DNA of 50,733 nucleotides from a virus (taxonomy: Duplodnaviria > Caudoviricetes): positions 1 to 50,733 of IMG/VR virus record IMGVR_UViG_3300026484_000108, one strand, 5' to 3'. Positions 29,770-39,341 of the stretch are shown here, piece by piece. A model generated the notes under the pieces. That model did no database searches. It had not been told where the DNA came from and saw nothing but the letters and a program-made list of their open reading frames with translations. The translations under genes were made by a program, and so were the position numbers. Within the stretch, counting starts at the first letter, position 1. Each line of letters begins with the position of its first letter.

Positions 29770-31461
29770 TTATATACTATTCTGATGCCTAATACTTAAT
29801 GTTGAATATAATGATACCAAATAAACAGTATGTTCTCCACATTCTATAGACTGTACATTATTAAAATTATAATATTCTGATACATGGTATCTGGTTCCTG
29901 GTACATCATAATCATATTCAGTATGTCCTGATACAGTTATATTATCATTTGTTGTTGTTGTATCATTTATAATTATTTGTTTTACAGAGGATCTATCACT
30001 AGCATTACTATAAAATAAATCTCTACTATTTGCTACTGTATTACCATCTATTTTTACAGAAGCATCACCAACTTCATAGCTCATATTAGTTACTTCTGTA
30101 TCAGCATCTGCTCCTGGTAGTTTACCTGGTTTTACTATTAATATGGTAGTATCTGAATCTTTACATACACTAAAGTTACATAAAGGTATTTCTTTATTAC
30201 ATTCTGGATCATCACTATTATTTTCTATATATGTCATAGTAAATGTGCCTGTAGTGTCTGGTATACTAATATTTGATTCATCGATAATTTCAAATGTATC
30301 ATCCATAGATAGCTTTACTCCTGAAACCTCAGTTAATCCTCTAAGAGGGTCATTATTAGCTCTTGTAATTTGTACACTTTTAGCTATAGGTACATTTAAT
30401 TTAAGTGTTCCATTAGAAGGATATACATTTTGTGATAGTGGACAAGGTATATGTACTAAATTTTCATTATCACTATCTGAATTACCTATTAATCTATAGA
30501 ACCAGCCAGATGCTATACATGCATGTGTATTACTACCTACAACATATGTAGTTAATATATCATTAACACCTTCATCATAAATATCATTTCTTGTATCATC
30601 CATATGTGTACAACCTGCTGGATATTTACAATTAATTATCTCATTACTTAAAGTTACAGTACCATAACTAAATGGTGGTATAGAATAACTCTTTTTACTA
30701 GTTATTTTATTAAAACTTTCAGCATCTGTTAATCCTTTACATTTAGCATTAAACGCAGGAGTCCTATATTCTCTTACAGCAGCTGTACCTGTTAAAGGTG
30801 GATTATAAGTTTTAATATCTTTAATTGCTTTAGCATATGAGTAATTACTTTTAGTTGCTTTTCTGAATTTAGTTAGAACAAATATACCTTGATATATTCT
30901 AGAATTACCATTACTTGCTCTAAAAGCTAACCAACTTCTATATGCAGTTTCAGCACATAATGGTATTAAAGTAGGGTAATTTTCTATTGTTGGGTAAATA
31001 TAATCTACTCCTAATATTGCTGTATTATCATGTTTGATTTTATCTGCCATATATCTTAAGGCTTCATCGCTTGGAAAATGTGGAGTAGCTTCTCCTTTGT
31101 TACTATAATACTCATCTATATATGCTCTTATTTTATCGCATCCATCGAAAAAATTTGGTGGAGGAGCATATGTAGGTGCATTAGGAGGAGCTAATTCTGG
31201 ATTAGCTAAAAAAGAAGGTAATGATGGGTCAAATATAGTATAACCTTTACCTTCTAAATCTTCTAAACCACTTGTAGGGAACCAGAGAGGTTCACCATTT
31301 TCATCATAATTAAATGGTTGCCCTGCTATCCATTCTGTAAAAGATGTACTTGATTTACTATCCCATTCATTAGTAATTAAAGGATACTTATTTAAAGCAT
31401 CAATTTTTAATCTTTTTGCTTGTCCTGGTTCATTATAAGTGTATTGTAATAATTTATCCAT
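29770..31461 (-). CDS. putative Cys-containing tail/receptor-binding protein
   Basis: 563 aa, Thr/Asn/Asp beta-rich C-terminus, multiple Cys. Confidence 0.45.
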   Translation of the reverse strand: MDKLLQYTYNEPGQAKRLKIDALNKYPLITNEWDSKSSTSFTEWIAGQPFNYDENGEPLWFPTSGLEDLEGKGYTIFDPSLPSFLANPELAPPNAPTYAPPPNFFDGCDKIRAYIDEYYSNKGEATPHFPSDEALRYMADKIKHDNTAILGVDYIYPTIENYPTLIPLCAETAYRSWLAFRASNGNSRIYQGIFVLTKFRKATKSNYSYAKAIKDIKTYNPPLTGTAAVREYRTPAFNAKCKGLTDAESFNKITSKKSYSIPPFSYGTVTLSNEIINCKYPAGCTHMDDTRNDIYDEGVNDILTTYVVGSNTHACIASGWFYRLIGNSDSDNENLVHIPCPLSQNVYPSNGTLKLNVPIAKSVQITRANNDPLRGLTEVSGVKLSMDDTFEIIDESNISIPDTTGTFTMTYIENNSDDPECNKEIPLCNFSVCKDSDTTILIVKPGKLPGADADTEVTNMSYEVGDASVKIDGNTVANSRDLFYSNASDRSSVKQIIINDTTTTNDNITVSGHTEYDYDVPGTRYHVSEYYNFNNVQSIECGEHTVYLVSLYSTLSIRHQNSI

Positions 31462-31470
31462 ATTCTTCCT

Positions 31471-33894
31471 TTATACATAAAATGTTAAATTATAATTAAT
31501 ATCTTTTATTATAGGACTAACTATATCAATAGTAAAAGATATACTATCATTCTTTGCTTTAATAAAATAAAGTTTGTTATTAGTTATTATATCATCGAAA
31601 TTAAAATAAAAAATATTATTAGATGAATCATGTAAAAAGTTATCCATTCTATTAGCTTTAATTAAATTATTATTAATTAAGGTAGCTGAACCAATATTAG
31701 TAATTTTAAATCTAAATATATTATCCATATTTTTCATAAAAGTAGGTATAGATTCTATATCATCAGTAATATCAATAATTTTATTAGTAGTTATTATATT
31801 ATCTTTAGGTGATTCTCTATAAAATTTATATCCTACTTTACTATTATTATATTTTATAAAATCTTCATATTCTTCTATAGTAATAGTTGAACCAGTAGGA
31901 ATAATATAATTATTAGATTTTTTAATTACTTCAAATGATGTTTTTAAACCTGTTGAAGTATCTTCAAGTATTATATCTTGCGTCTTTTCTTTAGGCATTG
32001 TAGATGTTAAAGTTTCTACTTCTACTACATTAGGTAAACTTGTATTTTTTACTTTTATAGCAGTAGGTAGTTGCATATATTTACTATTTGAACCAGAAGG
32101 TACTAATTGAGTATTAGTTAATGTAAATAATTTTATTTTATTAGTTTCTTGTGGTGTATCAGTAGATAAATTATTTAAACTATTATCTAATCCATAATTT
32201 TCTTCTGTTGGAATATAGTTAATTTTTATTATTTTATTATTTACACTTATAGTGGAAACTTGTTCTTTATATAACATAGCTATCTCTTTTTCTAACAAAG
32301 ATCTATTAAAAATTCTTACTTGATCTATTTGTATATCTGGTGAAGTATATCTTCCATAGAAAATTATCATTTTACTATTTTTTGTAATACTATTACATGC
32401 AGTATTATATACATATGAATATTCTTTATTATTTATAAAAATTCTTGGTTTTCCACCATTTAAATCTTTATCCCATGTAACTACATAATGTCCCCAATCA
32501 GTACCTATTTCTTCTTTCCAATTAAAATTAACTCTTGTGTTTCTTTCACTACCATCATAAAGTCTGAAATAAGGATTATAATTTCCATCTCTATTTAATA
32601 TTCTTACTTGACAACTACCATTATCTGCTCTTATAATTTCGTTATCTTCATCTAATTTATTTATTTTAACCCATAAAGAGAATGTTAATCTATTAGGTAA
32701 TGTTTCATTCCATTTATAATTAGGAATTTCAATAGAAACTTGTTTATTTTCTGGTTTATGTAAGCTCTTTACATAGTAACCTTCATCAAAAATAGGTGTA
32801 GTGTTTCCAATTGAATTACCATTATAATTCCCACTTAAGTCTGTTAAATCTGAATTATCAAATGTATAACATGCTATACAACTGTTGTCATTAAGTATGT
32901 CTAATGTGTTAATAGTATTTGTTGTTTTATCTTGTTCTATAATATAATCTTTATCAATAGTTACATGATATTTTACTGTATTTACTTTTTCATTATAATA
33001 TAATTTATCTATTTCTTGTGCTGTTAAAGGTCTATTAAAAATTCTTACTTGGTCTATTTTATCCCCCCATGAGTATGGGTATCTCGTATCACTTGTAGTA
33101 CAATAATCCCCTATAGTTAAATGACTTCTGTCATCATCAAATATACAAACTACAAAATGCCATTTTCCATATTCAAAATGATTATCACCATCATTAATTT
33201 CTTCTTTATCAACATAAACTTTACATCCTTTAACGGTCCAGGTATCGTTCATAATTAAATACTGATCTGCACCATCATCACCTCTTGGATCAAATAGGTA
33301 TCTATTACTATTAGCATAAGAACCTTCAGCATAAAACCAACCTGTTACTGTTCTAACAATAGTATCCTCATAGTCTTTATCATCAAGTTGTAAGTCTGTT
33401 GTTTGACCTAATTTTATACATTTATTAAATTTACCATCATCTACAAATATAGGTGAACCTTTTTTATTTTTACCTATTGTTAAATTATACTTTCTATTTA
33501 AATCATCAGCATTACCATCAAAAGTGTAACAAGCTACACAGCTACCATCTCCAAAAATGTCAAGAGTATTAGTTGTATTAATAATTTCTTCAGATTCTTT
33601 TACAGATAAAACTTTAAATATATCTTTATTTTTACCAGATACATCTTTAAAATATTTAACATCTTTTATTTTTGGATCAGTAAATACTAATTTTCTTGAA
33701 GTAGACTCTTCTACTATAAATTCAATAGGTGTAGCTTCATCTCCTGTATTTATTATTATAGGCATTACTAAATTATCTATATAAGAATTATCTCTATATT
33801 TAGAAGTACCATTTTGTGTAATATCAAATATTTCATCTTTTGGATTTTTATCAGTGTTTAACTCTATTTGATTTATAATATCTGACATAAACAT
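31471..33894 (-). CDS. tail protein with two LamG/ConA-like domains
   Basis: Repeated NTLDI..D.SC.ACYTFD...DQVRIFNR.L, plus W.H.V motifs. Confidence 0.8.
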   Translation of the reverse strand: MFMSDIINQIELNTDKNPKDEIFDITQNGTSKYRDNSYIDNLVMPIIINTGDEATPIEFIVEESTSRKLVFTDPKIKDVKYFKDVSGKNKDIFKVLSVKESEEIINTTNTLDIFGDGSCVACYTFDGNADDLNRKYNLTIGKNKKGSPIFVDDGKFNKCIKLGQTTDLQLDDKDYEDTIVRTVTGWFYAEGSYANSNRYLFDPRGDDGADQYLIMNDTWTVKGCKVYVDKEEINDGDNHFEYGKWHFVVCIFDDDRSHLTIGDYCTTSDTRYPYSWGDKIDQVRIFNRPLTAQEIDKLYYNEKVNTVKYHVTIDKDYIIEQDKTTNTINTLDILNDNSCIACYTFDNSDLTDLSGNYNGNSIGNTTPIFDEGYYVKSLHKPENKQVSIEIPNYKWNETLPNRLTFSLWVKINKLDEDNEIIRADNGSCQVRILNRDGNYNPYFRLYDGSERNTRVNFNWKEEIGTDWGHYVVTWDKDLNGGKPRIFINNKEYSYVYNTACNSITKNSKMIIFYGRYTSPDIQIDQVRIFNRSLLEKEIAMLYKEQVSTISVNNKIIKINYIPTEENYGLDNSLNNLSTDTPQETNKIKLFTLTNTQLVPSGSNSKYMQLPTAIKVKNTSLPNVVEVETLTSTMPKEKTQDIILEDTSTGLKTSFEVIKKSNNYIIPTGSTITIEEYEDFIKYNNSKVGYKFYRESPKDNIITTNKIIDITDDIESIPTFMKNMDNIFRFKITNIGSATLINNNLIKANRMDNFLHDSSNNIFYFNFDDIITNNKLYFIKAKNDSISFTIDIVSPIIKDINYNLTFYV

Positions 33895-33895
33895 T

Positions 33896-34198
33896 TTAAA
33901 TTCCTTCTCTTACATAAAAGACATCTTCTTCACATAAGAATTCTCCACCATCATCTTTTAATACAATATATGGTTGAACTATATATGTACCTTCTACACT
34001 AAAATCATCTTCAGTAGAATAATGTATTACTGCTTGATTATCTGAGTCTATATCATCAATACTTAACTTTACTTTTGTTCCATCAGATTTTTTCATCCAT
34101 ACATAACTTTTATTTTTGTCTACATCATTTGTATCTATACCTATAATAAATACCATTTTAACTTTTGTATTTTTCACATATGTTATATTGTCAGCCAT
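33896..34198 (-). CDS. small beta-sandwich (BppU/Ig-like) tail protein
   Basis: KK.DG.K.....DDF..EGTY.VQ.Y pattern. Confidence 0.55.
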   Translation of the reverse strand: MADNITYVKNTKVKMVFIIGIDTNDVDKNKSYVWMKKSDGTKVKLSIDDIDSDNQAVIHYSTEDDFSVEGTYIVQPYIVLKDDGGEFLCEEDVFYVREGI

Positions 34199-34343
34199 TT
34201 ATAATCCTTGTATTTAAAATAATATTTTTATGTAATTTATTAGTAAATGTCATATTTAATTTACATTTAGTTATTTTATTAATAATAACATAACATTTAT
34301 TGTTTAAATTCATAGATTTTATACATTTATTTTTTAATTGCAT
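34191..34343 (-). CDS. small basic protein with ~10-aa NKC repeats (50 aa, not in ORF track)
   Basis: AAGG RBS. MQLKNKCIKSMNLNNKCYVIINKITKCKLNMTFTNKLHKNIILNTRIING*; overlaps next start. Confidence 0.5.
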   Translation of the reverse strand: MQLKNKCIKSMNLNNKCYVIINKITKCKLNMTFTNKLHKNIILNTRIING

Positions 34344-34485
34344 TGTTAAACCTTAAAGTTTTTGTAAGAGTAACTTTTCTAAAAATCATACCATTTAAGT
34401 TATTTAATTTCTCAACTTTAGTGTATCTATATTTAATAATTAAATTAAACTCTTTGCTTAAACCATGTGTAAGAGAACCTATCAT
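34327..34485 (-). CDS. small basic protein (52 aa, not in ORF track)
   Basis: ATGA overlap with upstream stop; MIGSLTHGLSKEFNL...FNNAIKK*. Confidence 0.5.
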   Translation of the reverse strand: MIGSLTHGLSKEFNLIIKYRYTKVEKLNNLNGMIFRKVTLTKTLRFNNAIKK

Positions 34486-35156
34486 TCAGGAACCCTTTTA
34501 TATACATCAGTCTCTGTTGGATCACCATCTTTATTATATAATTTAAATGAAGCTATTACATCACCATCATTATTATAATATTTAAGTTTATTATCTTTAA
34601 TTTCCATCTTACCTGTTTCTATCTGGTTCATTAAATTTAGAATATCTTCTGCTGATTTATCTACTACTTTTATTTTAGATATATCGAAATCTAATTCAAT
34701 GTCTATTGCTTGAACCAGAATAGTAATAATTCCTGGATTAGAGAATTTAGTTTGTATTTCATAAGCTCCTGTGTTACCTACTTGATTTATTTCATTACCT
34801 TTTTTAACTTCTGCTGATAATGGTTGTCTTAAATAAATATATGTATCATCTACATCAATTACATACATCCAAATATCTTTATCTTTAATTTTAAATCTCA
34901 TACCTTTAGTAATATTAGAAGTATCATCTAAAGTTAATTTAGTAGATCCTGAATCAGTATCCTTGTTAACTTTTGTAGTAATACCATCTCCTATATCTTC
35001 TAATAATTCTTTAAAAGAATCATCACTTTTAGTTAATTTATCATCATCTAAATACTTATAGAATAGATCGAAACTATCTTCTTTTCCATATATTCCATAA
35101 ACACTTAAATCTATAGTAATATTATTCTTTTCATCTTTATTCCATACAGAGAACAT
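34482..35156 (-). CDS. virion protein, paralog of 35641..36240
   Basis: Shared NN.T.DLS...YGK, K.KDKDI..YV and VGNTG.Y motifs. Confidence 0.65.
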   Translation of the reverse strand: MFSVWNKDEKNNITIDLSVYGIYGKEDSFDLFYKYLDDDKLTKSDDSFKELLEDIGDGITTKVNKDTDSGSTKLTLDDTSNITKGMRFKIKDKDIWMYVIDVDDTYIYLRQPLSAEVKKGNEINQVGNTGAYEIQTKFSNPGIITILVQAIDIELDFDISKIKVVDKSAEDILNLMNQIETGKMEIKDNKLKYYNNDGDVIASFKLYNKDGDPTETDVYKRVPE

Positions 35157-35606
35157 TTAGTTGTCCTCCATTGGAATATAAACATTAGACATTTTATCTA
35201 TTAAAGGTTGTAATTGTTCACTATATTTATCATATAAATCTGTATCAACTAAAGCTTCCTTTGCTTGTATATATTTTCTATTCTTTAAAGCTCTAAAGAA
35301 ATCTTTATAAGTAACAAGTTTATTTAATCCTAATGTATATAATAGTCTATACACCACTTGTTGAGCATTTGTTTCTAAATCAGCTATCCATGGTTTAATT
35401 TCTAATAATTCTTTTACCATATTATCTAATCTAACTTTTAATAAAATTTCACTTTCTTCTTTACTTAAAGGTAATTTAGTTCCATGACCTACAGATGGGT
35501 ACCCTCTTGGATCCAGATAAAACGAGCTTACAAATCCTTGTTCTTGTTTTATATCTTTTATTAAATCATCTGTCAATAAAAGTTCATTATCTAAAATAAC
35601 TTGCAT
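35157..35606 (-). CDS. GH24/T4-type lysozyme-fold protein, probably catalytically altered
   Basis: IKQEQGF....YLD..GYPSVGHG aligns to T4 lysozyme IDEGL....YKD..GYYTIGIG. Confidence 0.75.
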   Translation of the reverse strand: MQVILDNELLLTDDLIKDIKQEQGFVSSFYLDPRGYPSVGHGTKLPLSKEESEILLKVRLDNMVKELLEIKPWIADLETNAQQVVYRLLYTLGLNKLVTYKDFFRALKNRKYIQAKEALVDTDLYDKYSEQLQPLIDKMSNVYIPMEDN

Positions 35607-35640
35607 GTCATTCCTTTTAATAAGAACCAGAAGGATAAAA

Positions 35641-36240
35641 CTATCCTTGGATTCTTGCTCTTACTCTATTTCCTGCTTTAACAGCATGTAGAATTTCATC
35701 TAGTTTGTTGTCATAGTCAGATACTTCTACAGTTAATACTTCATTCTCAAGACCAATACTTGGATTACTAACGATGAAAGTAACAACACCTGTATCATCA
35801 AGTTTGATTTTCATTCCATAAACACCAGTATTTCCTACTCTATCTAACTCATCACCATCAGCAATATCTCCACTAATTGGATTTCTAGCTATAAGATAAC
35901 CTTCATCAGCATTAACTTCTTCAACATAAAAATAGATGTCTTTATCTTTAACCTTAATAACATCACCTTTTTTGAAGTTAGATACTTTATTATCATCATT
36001 AGTATCTTTAACTGATATTTTAGTAGTACCAGCATCTGTATTACCATCAGCTGTACAACTATTAGCATCTACAGGTTTGATTGTTTCACTCCACTCACCA
36101 CTATCTACTGTATTTACAGTACTTGAACCAGCATATGCATACACACACTCAAAACCAGTCTTACCATAAAGATCATCTGTTGATAAATCAAGAGTTACAT
36201 TATTTTGTACCCCTTTTCTCCATAATGTTGCCATTTGCAA
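35641..36240 (-). CDS. virion protein (tail/decoration), paralog of 34482..35156
   Basis: AAAGGAG RBS; true start may be the ATG at 36234. Beta-rich. Confidence 0.65.
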   Translation of the reverse strand: MQMATLWRKGVQNNVTLDLSTDDLYGKTGFECVYAYAGSSTVNTVDSGEWSETIKPVDANSCTADGNTDAGTTKISVKDTNDDNKVSNFKKGDVIKVKDKDIYFYVEEVNADEGYLIARNPISGDIADGDELDRVGNTGVYGMKIKLDDTGVVTFIVSNPSIGLENEVLTVEVSDYDNKLDEILHAVKAGNRVRARIQG

Positions 36241-36249
36241 CTCCTTTGT

Positions 36250-36288
36250 AAAAAAATAATCTCAGCTATATAATTATAGCTGAGATTA
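36250..36288 (-). terminator. intrinsic terminator
   Basis: Perfect 14-bp inverted repeat TAATCTCAGCTATA-TAAT-TATAGCTGAGATTA followed by T7 on the - strand. Confidence 0.7.
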
Positions 36289-36615
36289 CCCTTTTAATCT
36301 ACCTTTAGTATGATTAGTTTCAGAAATTCTATCTGATACAGTGAAAGTTTGTTGTATATGTATATCACTAATATCATTATCCCAATGTAAAATATAATCA
36401 TTAGTAAAGTATATTTTAAATGGTTTAGTATAGTAGTACTTATCAACCTTTACAATATCAATATTTAATTTCTTCTTATTACCTGGATCTAATACTGTAC
36501 TTATACTAAGTATAAAATCATTAGGATCAGGATCTATTCTACCATCTGAATCTATATGAATACCCTTTACAATATCTGATCCAGTAGGAAAAGTATTATT
36601 TATTCGATAAAACAT
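36286..36615 (-). CDS. small beta protein, paralog of 36827..37123
   Basis: DF.L.....DP.N...L.......(YYY/WWW)T..F.I.....I.HW.ND..DI shared. Confidence 0.65.
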   Translation of the reverse strand: MFYRINNTFPTGSDIVKGIHIDSDGRIDPDPNDFILSISTVLDPGNKKKLNIDIVKVDKYYYTKPFKIYFTNDYILHWDNDISDIHIQQTFTVSDRISETNHTKGRLKG

Positions 36616-36826
36616 CTTCTATAACTTTTAATTTTTTACCTTGTAAACTTACAAGTACATCATGTACTGTATCTCTTTCTAAGTCATTAGTACTCATTGA
36701 TTCTAACTTCTCTAAACCTGTAACTACTAATCTTGTATAAAATCTCTCAAAAATAGTTGACCAAGCAACTCTCCCTAACATAGTTAAAGTAGTTTCTTTA
36801 ATTAAAGTAAACAGTATTGCACCCAT
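36596..36826 (-). CDS. small protein, possible holin/lysis accessory
   Basis: 76 aa with amphipathic N-terminus, GAGG RBS, near lysis genes. Confidence 0.4.
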   Translation of the reverse strand: MGAILFTLIKETTLTMLGRVAWSTIFERFYTRLVVTGLEKLESMSTNDLERDTVHDVLVSLQGKKLKVIEDVLSNK

Positions 36827-37123
36827 TTATAATACCTCCTTTATTTTGTATGGATTTTTTTCTATAAATATAGTTACCTTTAAATCTATATCTGCATTAT
36901 CATTGATCCAGTGAAATATATGTTTTCCTGGTTCATTTATATAAAACTCTTCTGTCCACCACCAAGGATCATCATTTATAACTTTTACATCTAATTCAGT
37001 TTCATTTAAAGGATCTGAAGCTTTAGCAAGTTTCAATGTAAAATCATCAGCTTCTATTTTAGTAAATCCACTTGTTTTCTTCATACCAAGTACTATAGGT
37101 TTGTACTGTTTATAATATGTCAT
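36827..37123 (-). CDS. small beta protein, paralog of 36286..36615
   Basis: See paralog; ATGA-coupled to upstream gene. Confidence 0.65.
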   Translation of the reverse strand: MTYYKQYKPIVLGMKKTSGFTKIEADDFTLKLAKASDPLNETELDVKVINDDPWWWTEEFYINEPGKHIFHWINDNADIDLKVTIFIEKNPYKIKEVL

Positions 37124-37470
37124 AATTCTCCATCTCCATTAGTATCAGAAGATGAATCTAATTCTCCTGTGGTAGGATTTATATAGGGATTCATATCAAA
37201 CACTCCTGATATTACTTCACCAGTTGAAGTGGTAAAAGTATTCTTTATTTCATATAGATTTGTCCCATAATCACAAAACACTTTGTACATTTTATTAACT
37301 CTACTATCATATATCTCAGCATACCATATAAAAATATATTTTCCATTTTCTTTTTTATTAGAATCTTTTTCCATAAAACTATTCATTACTCTTTTATATT
37401 TAGTAATTAAGTAGTCAAGAGTTTTATCTGAATTCTGCCTTACAAATACTTCATATTTTCTAAGAGCCAT
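37120..37470 (-). CDS. hypothetical protein
   Basis: AAGGAG RBS, 116 aa. Confidence 0.65.
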   Translation of the reverse strand: MALRKYEVFVRQNSDKTLDYLITKYKRVMNSFMEKDSNKKENGKYIFIWYAEIYDSRVNKMYKVFCDYGTNLYEIKNTFTTSTGEVISGVFDMNPYINPTTGELDSSSDTNGDGEL

Positions 37471-37513
37471 ACAGCACTCCTTTATAAATTAGAGCCAGAA
37501 AAGAGAAAATCTC

Positions 37514-38101
37514 TTATTCTACTGCTCCATCTCCACCATCTTCTTCTTCAACTTCTGGGAAAAATACATTTTTAACACTAGTAACTAATGTATCAACTTT
37601 AATATCTACTACTTTAGAAAGACATTCTTTAGAAGCATAGTTAGTTCCTAAATCAGCTTTTACTGCAGCAATTTCATCTCTGTTTTGTGCAGTTTGAGTT
37701 TCAAGTGCAGCTACTCTTGCTTTTAAGTCTTCAATTTCTTTTTCAATTGCAGCTTTTACATCAGCAGTATTTGCAGTTAAAGCATCAACTCTACCGTTTA
37801 CACCATCAATAGCTTGTTGAAGTAAAGTAGCTTTAGCTAGGATTTCTTCGGGTGTAATAGTCCCATCTTCATTTTCGTCAAACGCTTTAGAGAATGCGTC
37901 TGCCATAGCTTGAATTTTTTCTAATTGTTCTCCAAGACCATCAATTTTACTTAATTCACTAACGATCTCGTCTTTTAAAACACCTTTTAATGCAGCGTCT
38001 TGTCCATCTACATACGATTTTACTTGTCCAGCAACTTTAACTAATGCTTCTTGTAATTTAGCATTAATTTCAACATTTAAATCTTCACATGTTATAGCCA
38101 T
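37514..38101 (-). CDS. coiled-coil protein with EF-hand loop
   Basis: FDENEDGTITPEEI canonical 12-residue EF-hand loop flanked by heptad repeats. Confidence 0.7.
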   Translation of the reverse strand: MAITCEDLNVEINAKLQEALVKVAGQVKSYVDGQDAALKGVLKDEIVSELSKIDGLGEQLEKIQAMADAFSKAFDENEDGTITPEEILAKATLLQQAIDGVNGRVDALTANTADVKAAIEKEIEDLKARVAALETQTAQNRDEIAAVKADLGTNYASKECLSKVVDIKVDTLVTSVKNVFFPEVEEEDGGDGAVE

Positions 38102-38154
38102 GATATATCCTTTTAAAATATGTTTTCTTTACCCAACCAACCACCCTAAATAAA

Positions 38155-38160
38155 ATTATA
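38155..38160 (-). promoter_or_regulatory. -10 box upstream of EF-hand gene
   Basis: TATAAT in the intergenic gap. Confidence 0.45.
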
Positions 38161-38166
38161 TCTAAA

Positions 38167-38643
38167 TTATTTTAGATGTGAATTTAGAATAGAATATATT
38201 ACTGCCATCATTATCCCACTAATAACAGTCCAAAAGATTTTTGCATGACTTGCTAATTGTTTTTTAATATAAGACAATTCTGTATTTATAATCTCATGTG
38301 AATTGCAAGTTCTAGGAGTATTTGCTAAAGTTTTTGCTTTTTCACATTCTTTTTCTAAAGCATCTATTTTAGTAAACATATCTTTTCTTTCATTATCTAT
38401 GGCATGTTCTACCGTATCTACTCTATCGTGTAATCTAGATACACTATCTCTATGTATAGTTTCTATATTTGTAACCTTTTCAATAATTATTTCTTGTTTA
38501 GATATTGCAGAACTTATCATTTGTAGTTGTTTAGCAGTTTCTTTACTGTAGTTAACTAAATCTTTTAAAGATTCTTTAATATACACAATTTCTACATCAT
38601 GTTTTTCTATCTTTGTTTCTATGCTTGTCATCTTAAACTCCAT
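38167..38643 (-). CDS. coiled-coil protein with C-terminal TM (XhlA-like / holin candidate)
   Basis: Heptads followed by IFWTVISGIMMAVIYSIL; next to endolysin. Confidence 0.55.
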   Translation of the reverse strand: MEFKMTSIETKIEKHDVEIVYIKESLKDLVNYSKETAKQLQMISSAISKQEIIIEKVTNIETIHRDSVSRLHDRVDTVEHAIDNERKDMFTKIDALEKECEKAKTLANTPRTCNSHEIINTELSYIKKQLASHAKIFWTVISGIMMAVIYSILNSHLK

Positions 38644-38977
38644 ATCTTATTTTATGATAAATCTTTACAGCATTATACATTAATTTTCTGCTAAACTTAT
38701 CAACTTGTAGTTCTTTTAAGCAATCACAAAAATATGTATCTGCTTTATTATATTCTTCTAAATCACAAAGATAGTCATGTATAATAGCACAAGGTAAGTA
38801 ATCAGTTCTATTAGGTGGAAAAATGAACCAGAATGCTCTTGGTACAGAAGCACCATCAGTCCTATATCCAGACGGTACTATAATATCCTTATACTTTACT
38901 GGTTCAAGTAATTTAAATTTGTGTTCCTTTAGTGGTTGTAATTTAAACTCACTATATGTTAATTTACTCATGATCAT
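38633..38977 (-). CDS. DUF1353 protein
   Basis: VPSGYRTDGASVPR.FW...AIIHDYLC...KAD..F. Confidence 0.85.
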   Translation of the reverse strand: MIMSKLTYSEFKLQPLKEHKFKLLEPVKYKDIIVPSGYRTDGASVPRAFWFIFPPNRTDYLPCAIIHDYLCDLEEYNKADTYFCDCLKELQVDKFSRKLMYNAVKIYHKIRYGV

Positions 38978-39341
38978 AAGTCCATATTACATGTTGTGGT
39001 TTACTTGTATCCATGTCTACATGTATGAAATGTTTAGCTGGACCAAATCTAGTGAACCCTACAATTAATCCATTAGACACTATATCAAATCTTTGTGAAC
39101 CAGAAGATACTGCAATATCAGCAGCTAAACCTTTAACATGCGCTGAATCTTTAACGCCACCTATTTCTTTATTATGTTTTTCACATCTATACCCACTTGT
39201 TATTTTAAATGGAAATTTACATCTACCTCTTAAATCATCTAATGCATATAGAAATTCTTTATCCATTTTCACTTGTCCACAACAAGGACAAGCAAATTCT
39301 TTTAATTTAAAATATTTTAACTTCATATTAAAATCCTTCAT
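38964..39341 (-). CDS. endolysin, peptidase M15A family
   Basis: YF...EFACPCCG, ITSGYRC..HN..IGG...SAH..GLAADI, FIHVD Zn-ligand motifs. Confidence 0.9.
   Translation of the reverse strand: MKDFNMKLKYFKLKEFACPCCGQVKMDKEFLYALDDLRGRCKFPFKITSGYRCEKHNKEIGGVKDSAHVKGLAADIAVSSGSQRFDIVSNGLIVGFTRFGPAKHFIHVDMDTSKPQHVIWTYDHE

Noticed and set aside
32280-33580. DGR template/variable repeat in the LamG duplication
   Set aside because: Ordinary domain duplication inside one ORF; differences are not adenine-specific and there is no reverse transcriptase in the window.
34327-34343. Apparent frameshift at an A6 tract (AAA AAA TAA) joining two small ORFs
   Set aside because: The downstream frame has its own ATG with an AAGG RBS, so two overlapping genes explain it.
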